From the IMG/VR virus record IMGVR_UViG_3300025015_000053, positions 1 to 44,765 of that record: a DNA stretch of 44,765 bases; one strand, 5' to 3'. Below the pieces are notes generated by a model. It was not told the DNA's origin, ran no database searches, and worked only from the letters and a program-made list of their open reading frames with translations. Source of the stretch: a virus (taxonomy: Duplodnaviria; Caudoviricetes). How positions within the stretch are numbered: the stretch's first letter is position 1; each line of letters begins with the position of its first letter. The position numbers were made by a program, and so were the translations under genes. Positions 35,303 to 44,565 of this stretch are shown here, in pieces.

Positions 35303-36262
35303 TTAGATAATCCTTTTCCTCCTATAAAAATAGTATTCAAACTGTCCTTTTTTTCCTAAACTGTCCGGGTCTTCCCCTTCGGGTAGCTCCACAACAGTTA
35401 TATTTCTATGATAAGGAGAAATTGTTTCAATAAACTTTTTAACTTCCTTTTCACTCCCCCCATCCAAGCATACCACCACCTCCATCAAATTCCTTCTACT
35501 AACCAAATTTCTAATTAAAAAAGCCTGATCTGATGATAAAACTTTTCCCAAAGTACCAATAACTGCATAGTTATCTAACTCTTTAATCTTACTTAATCGC
35601 CACACATCAAATATTCCTTCCACAAATATTAAACCTCCTTTCTCTAAAGACAAATCTATATTATATAAACAGGATTGATAATTCTTTCTCATACTTCCAT
35701 TAGGAGCAGGCAAATAACGAATTTTAGCCTTTCCAGTCATATCCCTACCAACTAAACAAACCCTTTCGCCTTCTTCCCACACAGAAACTATTATACGATA
35801 ACTAAAATAATGGTTCCGTTCTTTAGCCAAAGAAATATCCCATTTATATAAATCCTCCTTATCAAATCCCCTATCCTCTATCCATTCAGATAAAAGAGGC
35901 CAAAATAAATTTTCATAAATTCCTTTATAACCTACTCTTTGAATAAAATCTAAATCATTAAAATCTACTTTAAATGGTTTCCTTTCCTTTTTTTCCCTTG
36001 TTTCATAACCAAAATAATCTGCTAATATATCCTTTATCCTAGTCCCTTCCGGTTCTATAGTTTTAATTAAATTAAATATTCCTCCTTTAGCCCCGCAAGC
36101 CCAGCAATGATACATCCCTATAGTTTTATGGATATTAAGATGATAACTAGGATCGTCACAAAACAAGCAGGATATAGCCACATCTTCCCTACCTACATTT
36201 TTCCCCTCAATTCTATAAAAAATATTTCTTGATTCCAAATAATTCAATAAATTAAAATCCAT
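35303..36262 (-). CDS. DNA primase (Zn-binding + TOPRIM)
   Basis: CLFC..H..HCWAC, VEGIFD, CLDG, EDPDSL. Confidence 0.85.
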   Translation of the reverse strand: MDFNLLNYLESRNIFYRIEGKNVGREDVAISCLFCDDPSYHLNIHKTIGMYHCWACGAKGGIFNLIKTIEPEGTRIKDILADYFGYETREKKERKPFKVDFNDLDFIQRVGYKGIYENLFWPLLSEWIEDRGFDKEDLYKWDISLAKERNHYFSYRIIVSVWEEGERVCLVGRDMTGKAKIRYLPAPNGSMRKNYQSCLYNIDLSLEKGGLIFVEGIFDVWRLSKIKELDNYAVIGTLGKVLSSDQAFLIRNLVSRRNLMEVVVCLDGGSEKEVKKFIETISPYHRNITVVELPEGEDPDSLGKKGQFEYYFYRRKRII

Positions 36263-36340
36263 TTTTTATTTTCCCTTATACAAAAACGTTTTTTACCTTC
36301 ATAATTTTGAAGCATTTTTATTACCTCCAATATTTATGCC

Positions 36341-37198
36341 TTAAAACAACCTTCCTTTGGCACATGGTTTTATCCAGAGGCTCTCTACTCGTCCCTGTTT
36401 TTCTAAGGCTTTACCCTTTCCTTGTAAACCGCTACTACGAGTTCTACCAGCCACATAACAAGCAGTATGAAAATCGTATCTTTCCCAGCCAGCTTGTTCT
36501 AATGGGTCATAGTTGGGGTGATTATATCCAGATAAAACCACTTTTCCTTTCAAGCTAAGAAGAAGAGTAACAAGTTCTTGATGATCTTCGGCAGTCATTT
36601 CATGGGTGTACCCACCAGCTTTACGTGTCTCGGGAATATATGGCGGATCACAATAAAAAAGCGTTTTGGGAGTATCATACCGGTCTAGTATGGTCCTAAA
36701 ATCAGCATTCTCAATCTGTACTCGTTGTAGCCGAGCATGTATTTGGGGCAGCATATCTATACAGGATAACCACTTAGAACAAGTTGCGATCATTCCCCTA
36801 TGTGTTAAGGTTACACTGCTGCTCCAGCTCCCTCCAAAAGCACCACTAAAGCTTTGCCTTGCCACCAAGAACCACTTAGCCACCCTGACAATCTTATCTG
36901 CTTCTTCCTTCCACTCTTTTCGGTATTCATTATAAAACTGCCTGCTATAAGGCAATACTGCTGCCCTACGATAAAACTGGTCAAATAACTCAGGATTACT
37001 TAGCACAGAAAAGAAATCATATAGGCCATGATCTAAATCATTATAAACCTCAACTGGTTTAGGCTTCTTGGCCAACAGAATTGAGGCCCCTCCGCCAAAA
37101 GGCTCTACATACCTTTCATGGGGTATCCTGGTTAAAATGGGAATTATTTTTCTTACCATATTACCTTTTCCACCAAACCAACCAATTGGGCTTCTCAT
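36341..37198 (-). CDS. DNA adenine methyltransferase (Dam/D12 class)
   Basis: WFGGK, YVEPFGGGAS, VYNDL, YCDPPY. Confidence 0.92.
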   Translation of the reverse strand: MRSPIGWFGGKGNMVRKIIPILTRIPHERYVEPFGGGASILLAKKPKPVEVYNDLDHGLYDFFSVLSNPELFDQFYRRAAVLPYSRQFYNEYRKEWKEEADKIVRVAKWFLVARQSFSGAFGGSWSSSVTLTHRGMIATCSKWLSCIDMLPQIHARLQRVQIENADFRTILDRYDTPKTLFYCDPPYIPETRKAGGYTHEMTAEDHQELVTLLLSLKGKVVLSGYNHPNYDPLEQAGWERYDFHTACYVAGRTRSSGLQGKGKALEKQGRVESLWIKPCAKGRLF

Positions 37199-37222
37199 AT
37201 TTCCTCATAATAAAATACAGTT

Positions 37223-38509
37223 CTAGTCCTCTTCTCTATCTTCTCCACCTAAACTAATAGATTCTCCAAATACTATTCCCCTTTTAAGATCCATTCTCAC
37301 ATCAGCAAAAAACCCTTCCTCTCCGGTCCGATTAGCTACCAAATCTACCCTCAAAACAGAATCGGCCAATTTATCAGTAGGGTGACTTAAACCAAACATA
37401 TAATCCACATGAGCCATTTTTCTTATATCCTCACTTACGTCCCATTTCCATTTTCTATTCCTCTTTATCGACGCCCGCACTGCCTGGGTAGCAGTTATAA
37501 TCAATATCTTCCTTACTGAAGACATCCGCTTCAATCCCTTAAATACATCATCGTATTTATCCCTCCCCTCTTTATATTTCTCTTCCGGCTTCAATAAATC
37601 AGCATAGTCTATTATTACTACATTAGGACTAAATCCTTCCACTAATTCTAACTGATCTATACTTGCCTCTATATCCCTTACAGTAATTGAATAATTAGGA
37701 AAATCTTTAATCCTAATTCCTCCTCCAAACCTCATTATTTTTTTCCTAATAGCAATTATTCTTTGTGGATCATTTAATATCTCTGCTAGCTCTTTTCTTG
37801 AAATAATAGTATCCAATCTCCCTATTATTTCATCCGTATTCAATTCACAAGAAACCAAAAGAACCCTAAACCCTTGTAAGGCTGCCTGAATAACCATGTG
37901 AACCAAAGTCCAGCTCTTTTTTCCCTTTGGTGCCCCCATAAAGCAAGCCACTCGCTCTGGCTCCAGCCCCTTATTTTCTAACCCCTTCCTATCTATTCTA
38001 TCAATACCTATAATAACCCCTTTATTATACTCTTTCTTTGAATAAGCCATCAAACCGTCTAACAAATAATCTCTTCCTAAATTAAGGTCTTTTATCCCCT
38101 TGTTAAGGGTAGAATATAATCGTTTTTCTATCTCGTCCAAACGGCCCATTCTAAGTAACTCCTCACTATCATCTAACACCCTAACTAGCTCCATCTTCCG
38201 CACAAAACTATTAAGCTCACTTAATACAAAATCCCTATTAACAGACATCTCTAATAAATTTTCTAAATAAATTAATAACTCCTTCTCTATATTTTTTTTG
38301 TCTTTTTTCTCCTCAATAAGAAAAATCTCATAACCCGGAGCATCTTGATAGGACGAATAAAAATCCAAAACCTTTCTACAAACTATTTTTCTTACCGGCT
38401 CAGTAAAAATTATAGGATCTATTATTATTGCGCCCCTTCTTAAAAACTCTTTTTCTTCTATCATAAGCTTTAATACAGCGTCTTGTAAGTAGTGATTAAG
38501 CTCATACAT
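37223..38509 (-). CDS. DnaB-like replicative helicase
   Basis: GAPKGKKS, SCE, IIDYAD, ITATQ, SEDIRK, NRTG. Confidence 0.82.
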   Translation of the reverse strand: MYELNHYLQDAVLKLMIEEKEFLRRGAIIIDPIIFTEPVRKIVCRKVLDFYSSYQDAPGYEIFLIEEKKDKKNIEKELLIYLENLLEMSVNRDFVLSELNSFVRKMELVRVLDDSEELLRMGRLDEIEKRLYSTLNKGIKDLNLGRDYLLDGLMAYSKKEYNKGVIIGIDRIDRKGLENKGLEPERVACFMGAPKGKKSWTLVHMVIQAALQGFRVLLVSCELNTDEIIGRLDTIISRKELAEILNDPQRIIAIRKKIMRFGGGIRIKDFPNYSITVRDIEASIDQLELVEGFSPNVVIIDYADLLKPEEKYKEGRDKYDDVFKGLKRMSSVRKILIITATQAVRASIKRNRKWKWDVSEDIRKMAHVDYMFGLSHPTDKLADSVLRVDLVANRTGEEGFFADVRMDLKRGIVFGESISLGGEDREED

Positions 38510-38527
38510 AAAAAGGAAAATCCCTTC

Positions 38528-40072
38528 TTAAATATATTTACCTTTCTTTTCACCTTCTTCTTTGCTCTCTTTTTTTGGAAGATATTTATCTAAAAAGATC
38601 TTGTTTAATTCAAAGCCTTCAAAAAGCCAATTCCATTCCATATATTTTGGCAATACTTCTTCCCATACCCATCTTGATAAGAGATGACCTAAAAAAACTT
38701 TCCGCTCTTTTAAATTAGGAGATTCCTCCTCCTTCCTAAAAGCAAACCACAAAGCCTTACTTAATTCTCTAAAAGCTGTTTTCCAATGATAACCAAATCT
38801 CAAGGTAGGATGAGCTCCCTGGCAGCAAACATTGTCTAAAGGCTCTTCCATCTCTGTAACTTTTAATATCTTATCTTCTCCCTGCTGTTCCCAAGGCCTC
38901 CGACCATCATTTACCCAAGCTGGATTATCTATCCACTCTTCTTTTCTTATTATATCTTTCCAGGGCCGTCCGTTGTCCTGTATTATTGCTTTATTATCCT
39001 TATTAACCACTTCTTTGCATAACCATATAGCCTTATTAAGCTGAGATCTTTCTTTTTCTGTTAGTTTATCTAACTCATAAGGAGGCAAATCTCTTTCAAA
39101 CTCCTCTGTTCGACACTCAGTATTAAACCAATCCAAAGCATACTCTTGATCTTTCTGTGATGGGAGAGGAGAGTCTAAGAAAACTCCATAATTCTGATTG
39201 ACATTATTAAGTTTGCCTTCTTTTTCTTTAGCCCACTTAACCTGATTTAAAATCCAATTCTCCCAAGCCCTCTCCCAAAGTATAAACTTTGACTTTTTTT
39301 CTAAATGCTTATTCTTAAACAATTCAAATTCGGTTTCTATATCCATATTAGGAAATTTGCTTAAAGCATATTCTTTCATTTTCTCGGAAAGTTTAAAGTC
39401 CTTTGGAAGAGAGATCTTGTTTTTAGGGTCTTTTAGTTTCTTTGGTTTTAAAAGAAGAGTAGATTTAAATTTTTTCTCTTTTATTCTTTTCTTTTCTTCT
39501 TCTTTATTCTTATCTTCTTCTTCTTTATCATAAGTAGACTTTTGATCACTAAATTTATAATCTTGATCGTAAACGTTCCCAAACCTGCTTCTATCTTGAT
39601 TATAGATGGGATCACGAATGCTCTCGCCTTGATCATAAGTAGACTTTTGATCTTGATCATAAGTAGACTTTTGATCACTAGCAAATTTTTGATCAAAAGG
39701 AGGCCTATTTTTAAAGAGTTTTTCAGCATGTTCTGAGAGATATTTTTTGTATTTTTCATTGGGTAATTTATTGAATATGTATAGATTAGTTAATGTTTGT
39801 CCCCTCCTTATAATTTTAATTAACCCGGCCTCTTTTAATTCATTCAAATGTTTGTTAATCTGAGGTTGGGATAGATTCATTATGTTTATTAAGCGTTCTA
39901 TTCCTGGAAAGCAGAGCTTTTTATTTTCCCAAGCAAAACTAAGTAAAACCCCATATAACATCCTGCCTTGTATAGATAATATTGGATTTAACTGGATATA
40001 CTTAGGGATTGGTGTAAAACCTTTACTAAAAAAAGTATCCTCAAATATAAAATTTGGTTCTATTTTTTTCAT
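38528..40072 (-). CDS. Replication initiator (N-terminal wHTH) with internal iterons
   Basis: GFTPIP...LYGVLLSFAW...CFPGIERL...LNELKEAGLI...NLY; DQKSTY repeats; directly upstream of the helicase. Confidence 0.75.
   Translation of the reverse strand: MKKIEPNFIFEDTFFSKGFTPIPKYIQLNPILSIQGRMLYGVLLSFAWENKKLCFPGIERLINIMNLSQPQINKHLNELKEAGLIKIIRRGQTLTNLYIFNKLPNEKYKKYLSEHAEKLFKNRPPFDQKFASDQKSTYDQDQKSTYDQGESIRDPIYNQDRSRFGNVYDQDYKFSDQKSTYDKEEEDKNKEEEKKRIKEKKFKSTLLLKPKKLKDPKNKISLPKDFKLSEKMKEYALSKFPNMDIETEFELFKNKHLEKKSKFILWERAWENWILNQVKWAKEKEGKLNNVNQNYGVFLDSPLPSQKDQEYALDWFNTECRTEEFERDLPPYELDKLTEKERSQLNKAIWLCKEVVNKDNKAIIQDNGRPWKDIIRKEEWIDNPAWVNDGRRPWEQQGEDKILKVTEMEEPLDNVCCQGAHPTLRFGYHWKTAFRELSKALWFAFRKEEESPNLKERKVFLGHLLSRWVWEEVLPKYMEWNWLFEGFELNKIFLDKYLPKKESKEEGEKKGKYI
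39527..39694. repeat. Iteron-like repeats, candidate replication origin
   Basis: ATCATAAGTAGACTTTTGATC at 39527, 39632 and 39656; eight GATC between 39544 and 39694; AT-rich stretch adjacent. Confidence 0.7.
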
Positions 40073-40086
40073 TTTCTTTACTCCTT

Positions 40087-40485
40087 CTAATAATGTTTTT
40101 TGATGAAGAATTTGCTTTTGATTAATAGAGCTCTCTTCTGAAGCTCTTGCTCAGATTCAGATTTTTTTACGGGGGAGTCAATAGCTTTTCTTTTGTATGT
40201 CTTGTGGGAGGGTGATTTTTGAGTGGCTTCTTTTTTGTGTGTATTATCTTCAGAAAGGATCAATTTACCCTGAGCTTGTAGTCTTTGGAGATAATACAAA
40301 GTAGCTTTTTTGTCATAGGGGTTTTTAATATCTAAGGAAGCTATTTGATCTGGAGAGATTATTAGTGGATCTTTGTTTGAATTGTTGGAAGAAGTGGCTT
40401 TCAAGATTAATTCAAGTAATGCCAAAGCCTTTCTATTTTTTATTTTGGCAGACTTACACTTAAATCTAGGTAGTTTTTTTAACAT
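40087..40485 (-). CDS. Basic hypothetical protein (possibly DNA-binding)
   Basis: 132-aa ORF, first gene after the promoter and structured leader. Confidence 0.6.
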   Translation of the reverse strand: MLKKLPRFKCKSAKIKNRKALALLELILKATSSNNSNKDPLIISPDQIASLDIKNPYDKKATLYYLQRLQAQGKLILSEDNTHKKEATQKSPSHKTYKRKAIDSPVKKSESEQELQKRALLIKSKFFIKKHY

Positions 40486-40492
40486 GCACTAA

Positions 40493-40586
40493 TCCTCGGA
40501 AAATTATTGATGTCAGTTGATTGGAGGGAAGGAAGCTTTTCCGAGAAGCTTCCTTCGTTGCCCCTGCCTGGCCTTGGGGCCTCCAT
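40493..40586 (-). ncRNA. Structured 5' leader with putative SD-sequestering pseudoknot
   Basis: Stems TGGAGG/CCTCCA, GCCCC/GGGGC, GAAGGAAGCTT/AAGCTTCCTTC; loop CTCGGAA is complementary to TTCCGAG overlapping the SD. Confidence 0.55.
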
Positions 40587-40599
40587 ACAGAATAAATAT

Positions 40600-40628
40600 A
40601 TTATACAACAAAGAAAAGAAAAAGCCAA
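40600..40628 (-). promoter_or_regulatory. Sigma-70-type promoter
   Basis: TTGGCT-N17-TATAAT upstream of the replication operon. Confidence 0.65.
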
Positions 40629-40648
40629 GAAAAAGTTTTTGTAGCTCA

Positions 40649-41095
40649 CTACACTACGGATTTATGATCAATCATTCTGAACTTGGTTTCTTCTAGTTGT
40701 TCGTACAATGTTTTGCCCGTATTCATTTGAAGATAGGGCATAAAAACTTCTTGAATTTGAACCATCTCGGTATCCACAAGGGCTAATTGTGCTTCAATCC
40801 AGCGAAGAATCTGTCTCCAGGCCACCCGGCGGGCCTGTGTTTCATCATTACGGTTATAGGGTCTTCTCTTTCTCTTGGATTGCAATTTTTTAAAAATCGC
40901 TTGCCATCGGCAGGGGAGACGAAAGGGGATATGCTGCCCGTTGAATAGAACCCTGAATGAGACAGCTATAACTTCGCCTTTTTCATATTCTGTCAGGACA
41001 GCACTTGCTCCATAATTGCCCAATAACCGCTGAATTTCTCCCACGGTTTGACTGGCAGAAATTTTAGTGGTTTCCATAAAAAGAGTTTTAACCAT
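40649..41095 (-). CDS. Conserved phage hypothetical protein
   Basis: TKISASQTVGEIQRLL...QARRVAWRQILRWIEAQL; SD sits just after the GTTAGAC box. Confidence 0.75.
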   Translation of the reverse strand: MVKTLFMETTKISASQTVGEIQRLLGNYGASAVLTEYEKGEVIAVSFRVLFNGQHIPFRLPCRWQAIFKKLQSKRKRRPYNRNDETQARRVAWRQILRWIEAQLALVDTEMVQIQEVFMPYLQMNTGKTLYEQLEETKFRMIDHKSVV

Positions 41096-41108
41096 CTTAA
41101 AAACCTCC

Positions 41109-41169
41109 GTCTAACAAACCACTTGACCCGACCGTCAAAAGCCCCGGCAAGTCAGCCTTTACGTTCTCC
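41109..41169 (+). mobile_element. attC site
   Basis: R'' GTCTAAC - AAACC - L'' ACTTGACC - CGAC... - L' AGTCAGC - CTTTAC - R' GTTCTCC. Confidence 0.75.
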
Positions 41170-41401
41170 CCTTCTTTCTCGGTGGCATAATTTTCTTAAC
41201 TTCTCCATCCTCATATTCTATCTGGATTCTTTTCCTCTCTACCTTTTCTTTTTCTTCTTCTTCCTCAAAAGCTACCCGTAATAACCCTTTAACTTTCTCA
41301 AATAGCTTATCTGCAATAGTTGCCATATCTTTATCCCACAGCCCTAAAATTGCTTTCTGGATACAGTCTAAAGCTAAATTCCTTGCGGTTTCAGGAAACA
41401 T
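41159..41401 (-). CDS. Hypothetical protein
   Basis: 80-aa ORF ending inside the attC; GGAGG SD. Confidence 0.65.
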   Translation of the reverse strand: MFPETARNLALDCIQKAILGLWDKDMATIADKLFEKVKGLLRVAFEEEEEKEKVERKRIQIEYEDGEVKKIMPPRKKGRT

Positions 41402-41403
41402 AA

Positions 41404-41559
41404 TTATCCTCCCTCACTAATATATTTATGGAACCGAAGCTGGGGTTCCCACGCTACCAGAATCTTATTCTCCAGACCCATCTTCTTTTCATATCTCTGC
41501 CTTTTACGGGCCCGGGTATTATGGGTACGGTCTCGTTGCTTGCGGTATGTCCTGGCCAT
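41404..41559 (-). CDS. 51-aa Arg-rich protein
   Basis: Manual ORF MARTYRKQRDRTHNTRARKRQRYEKK...; AAGGAG SD. Confidence 0.55.
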   Translation of the reverse strand: MARTYRKQRDRTHNTRARKRQRYEKKMGLENKILVAWEPQLRFHKYISEGG

Positions 41560-41735
41560 TAGTACTCCTTGGGATATGGAAGATCTCCCTCGTTTATGTC
41601 ATACTCAAGATCCTCATCGCTGTTATTCTCTGCTACTTCCTTATGCTTTTATGGCTCCACTATCTGATTTGAAATATATCTTCTTCAATGTCACACATTA
41701 CCTCTCATTTCGTACTTACTCTTAGGTAGACATCA

Positions 41736-41753
41736 ACCTAACGTCTGTTAGCA
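41736..41753 (+). mobile_element. Collapsed attC or bare recombination point
   Basis: ACCTAAC-GTCT-GTTAGCA; GTTAGCACT is the 9-bp reverse complement of AGTGCTAAC at 42132-42140. Confidence 0.55.
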
Positions 41754-42113
41754 CTCACAGAAATCCACACTCTCACTATAATATCCATTCGATTCACCAT
41801 ACCACCGAATTGTTACATAACCTTTCAGGGTGGCAAATTTATAGAATGTCCATGTGAAACTTTCCTGATATTCTTTATTTATCCCTTCTGGATTCTCGTT
41901 GCTCGTCTCCTCTTCAGCCATCAGAAGTGGGGAACCTACTAAATCCGCCAGATTGCCAATGACATCCTCAACAGTAACAGATTCACTACAATCATATGTG
42001 TGATATAGTTTGTATTTTTCCCCTTTATCTGTGGTAAAAATTATCTCCTCATTGTCTTTGTTCTCAACACTCATCATCGTTTTGCCTATCAGGTCTTTCA
42101 ATTTTGCTCCCAT
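41748..42113 (-). CDS. Conserved phage protein in an inverted cassette
   Basis: YH.YDCSESV..EDVIG.L.DLVGSPL..AEE, TWTFYKFATLKGYVTIRWYGESNGYYSE, a family common in phages; TAA lies in the GTTAGCA box. Confidence 0.8.
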   Translation of the reverse strand: MGAKLKDLIGKTMMSVENKDNEEIIFTTDKGEKYKLYHTYDCSESVTVEDVIGNLADLVGSPLLMAEEETSNENPEGINKEYQESFTWTFYKFATLKGYVTIRWYGESNGYYSESVDFCEC

Positions 42114-42133
42114 ATTATCCTCCTATAAAAAAG

Positions 42134-42190
42134 TGCTAACAAGGCATTCCAGCGGATCACTAAGGGCTCCCGCTGATTTCTACGTTATGT
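42134..42190 (+). mobile_element. attC site
   Basis: R'' TGCTAAC - AAGGC - L'' ATTCCAGC ... L' GCTGATT - TCTAC - R' GTTATGT. Confidence 0.85.
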
Positions 42191-42364
42191 TTTCTGTATT
42201 CTACCATCATATTCAAAAACAAGCCCCACGTCTACTCTAACCTTATGCTTCTTAGATTTGGCGTGTTTTGCGGCTATCGCTTGCCCATTTTTATATTCTT
42301 CTGTCCGCCACGCACAATCCTCACATTCTGCCACCACATGGATTACCCCTCCCTTTTTCTTCAT
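42185..42364 (-). CDS. C2H2-like small protein in an inverted cassette
   Basis: Start reassigned to MKKKGGV (GGAGG SD); CEDC...H....H; TAA lies in the GTTATGT box. Confidence 0.7.
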   Translation of the reverse strand: MKKKGGVIHVVAECEDCAWRTEEYKNGQAIAAKHAKSKKHKVRVDVGLVFEYDGRIQKT

Positions 42365-42381
42365 GGACCCTCCAATAAAAC

Positions 42382-42441
42382 ACATAACTAGTCACTCCAC
42401 CTAACCGCCAGGATCGGCGGCAGGTGAGCTTGTCGTTCGGG
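42382..42441 (+). mobile_element. attC site
   Basis: R'' ACATAAC - TAGTC - L'' ACTCCACC ... L' GGTGAGC - TTGTC - R' GTTCGGG. Confidence 0.85.
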
Positions 42442-42444
42442 GAA

Positions 42445-42576
42445 TCAAATTTGAGTCAGAATTTGCAACGATCCCATTGTGATCCACCAATGATCCTCAT
42501 TTATTTCCAATCCAAGCGTCCCTAATAAAATCGCTATACAGATCCCTTTAATTATCGGAATCAGCAAATTTTCCAT
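42445..42576 (-). CDS. 43-aa membrane peptide
   Basis: Manual ORF MENLLIPIIKGICIAILLGTLGLEINEDHWWITMGSLQILTQI; GGAGG SD. Confidence 0.55.
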   Translation of the reverse strand: MENLLIPIIKGICIAILLGTLGLEINEDHWWITMGSLQILTQI

Positions 42577-42608
42577 GATCTCCTCCAATAAACGGGTTTT
42601 CATTTTGT

Positions 42609-42929
42609 TTACCAATCCCCAGCCCCCTTTTCTACCCAGGCTTTAGAAATCTGAAACAACTCTTTCTCTAATACCATTAGTCGATCTGTACTACTTATGG
42701 CTTTATCTACGTCCTGGGTCTTAAAAAAGAAGGCCCTTTCTCGGTTCCAGTGGAGATACAACTCATTCTCGGCAAAAGTCTCTTGTAGGTCATTCCGACA
42801 ATCCTGGCATAGGATGGTATGATAATGTCCTACAAGAACTATTGGTTGAATGATCTTCCCAAGGTCATTATTGGTTTTACATCGGGCACAAAAAGAATAC
42901 ATAACAATCTCCTTTCTCAAATAAGTCAA
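42609..42929 (-). CDS. Zinc-finger hypothetical protein
   Basis: CARC...CQDC; the true start is probably MYSF. Confidence 0.6.
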   Translation of the reverse strand: MTYLRKEIVMYSFCARCKTNNDLGKIIQPIVLVGHYHTILCQDCRNDLQETFAENELYLHWNRERAFFFKTQDVDKAISSTDRLMVLEKELFQISKAWVEKGAGDW

Positions 42930-43054
42930 TGTTCCTACTTATCCCTTTGTCTCTTGAAGATTCCTTCTCGTATCGCTATATTTCTCACAATGGCAAGAAA
43001 AAGAAACGCTCATGGTTTATTATCTCCGGTTGAGTAGGCCGATGCAGTCAGAGA

Positions 43055-44530
43055 CTAGTCACAATCTTCCAATAGCCTTCTTTTTAATCTGATAGAATTG
43101 AAGTCCTGAATATGCTTAACTACCTTGGAACCAAACTTTTTATTTATCATATTTAAATATTTTTCACTACCAAAGTATCGATGAAAAGCCTTATCTCTGA
43201 AAGCCAGGATTTCTTTGGCAAGAAGATTTTGGTTAGACAATGGATAAGTTTCGTATCCATGTTGAGAGTATCCTTCCCATGATAAAGGTAATCTAAAAGG
43301 TTCCTCTTTATTAATTTTTTCATATAATTGACTACCAGGATATGCCATTGTACAATAGAAATTAGCAAATTCTGTATTGAGCTCTAGAGCCAGGTCTAAA
43401 GTCTCTTGCATAGATTGCAAAGTATCATTAGGCATTCCAAACATATAATTTGTACAGGTAAACATAAAATAATCTTGTGTCATTTTTATTGTTTCTTTTG
43501 CTTTTCTGTTTTTAATATCATTAATTGATTCTATGCCTATACCTATCCATTTTACTCCAGCTTCAGCCATAGAAAAAAGAGTGTTGTCATTAAGGGTGTC
43601 TAATCGAGCATAAATAGACAGATTAAGATTGTATCTTCTTTCTTTTATTTGGTCTGCAAAGGACTCTAATTTCTTAATATCATAAGTAAATAAATGATCA
43701 TGTATTCTGATATTTCTTACTTCATATTTCAGTACTAATTCATCTATCCATCTTAGAATAGTTTTTAGTTCCCAATCTCTTCCTTCTCCCTTATGCAAAT
43801 GATTAGCACAGCAATAAAAACAATTATTTGGACAGCCAAGGCTAGTATAAATAGCAGCATAAGGAGATCTAACATCACTAAAATCCTCCTTTTTACTATC
43901 CTTAAAATATTGAAAGCAATGAAAGTTATGGGATCGGTAATAATCCAATGAGGGAATAAGATCCCAAGAATAACCAATTAATTCTTTATTAAGATCTTCT
44001 ATAAATACCCTCTCAGAGGCACAGAACAGCCCTAAATTTGGGGTTTTAAAAGCTAACTCTATAGAACTATTACCTTTAGATTTTCCCCTTATATAATCAA
44101 GAATATCGATTATTTGGTATGGGCCTTCACCAGTTATTACAAAATCAATAGCCTCTTCTTCTAAAGTTCTCTCTGGCAAAGCTGATGGATGAATACCTCC
44201 CATAGCTATAGGTATATCCTTATTAACAGCTTTAATATCTTTAGCTATTTGGCTAGCTATAGGCATAGTCTGAGTGCTAGCTGAGGGATGGTGGCCAAAG
44301 ACCCATATAACTATAAGCTTAGGCTCATAATAATAAATTAAAGCTCCCGCTGTTTTTTCTTTCCATTCTGATATATTGCAATCGTGTATTGCTACTGAAT
44401 ACCCTTGTCTTCTTACATAATCAGCCAATAATAATGTATAAGCTGGAGGGCATATAGCAGTTAGATTATTAGATAATTCTTGATAAATGCCTTTTTGGCC
44501 TCCTGGATGAATAAATAATATATCTATCAC
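43055..44530 (-). CDS. Cobalamin-binding radical SAM enzyme (class B methyltransferase-like)
   Basis: N-terminal B12-binding domain (PPAY..LA, GGIHPSALP, GEG); TSLGCPNNCFYC; GIES; AYPGSQLY. Confidence 0.9.
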   Translation of the reverse strand: MIDILFIHPGGQKGIYQELSNNLTAICPPAYTLLLADYVRRQGYSVAIHDCNISEWKEKTAGALIYYYEPKLIVIWVFGHHPSASTQTMPIASQIAKDIKAVNKDIPIAMGGIHPSALPERTLEEEAIDFVITGEGPYQIIDILDYIRGKSKGNSSIELAFKTPNLGLFCASERVFIEDLNKELIGYSWDLIPSLDYYRSHNFHCFQYFKDSKKEDFSDVRSPYAAIYTSLGCPNNCFYCCANHLHKGEGRDWELKTILRWIDELVLKYEVRNIRIHDHLFTYDIKKLESFADQIKERRYNLNLSIYARLDTLNDNTLFSMAEAGVKWIGIGIESINDIKNRKAKETIKMTQDYFMFTCTNYMFGMPNDTLQSMQETLDLALELNTEFANFYCTMAYPGSQLYEKINKEEPFRLPLSWEGYSQHGYETYPLSNQNLLAKEILAFRDKAFHRYFGSEKYLNMINKKFGSKVVKHIQDFNSIRLKRRLLEDCD

Positions 44531-44565
44531 AATTTAACCCCCCTCATGGATTCCTTCCCTTCTAA

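Noticed and set aside
41560-41720. Acidic coding-like stretch on the - strand
   Set aside because: Broken by stops and frame changes; possibly a decayed gene but no identity can be supported
515-43037. All + strand ORFs in the track
   Set aside because: Nearly all are antisense shadows of well-supported - strand genes; none has a recognisable motif or a convincing SD
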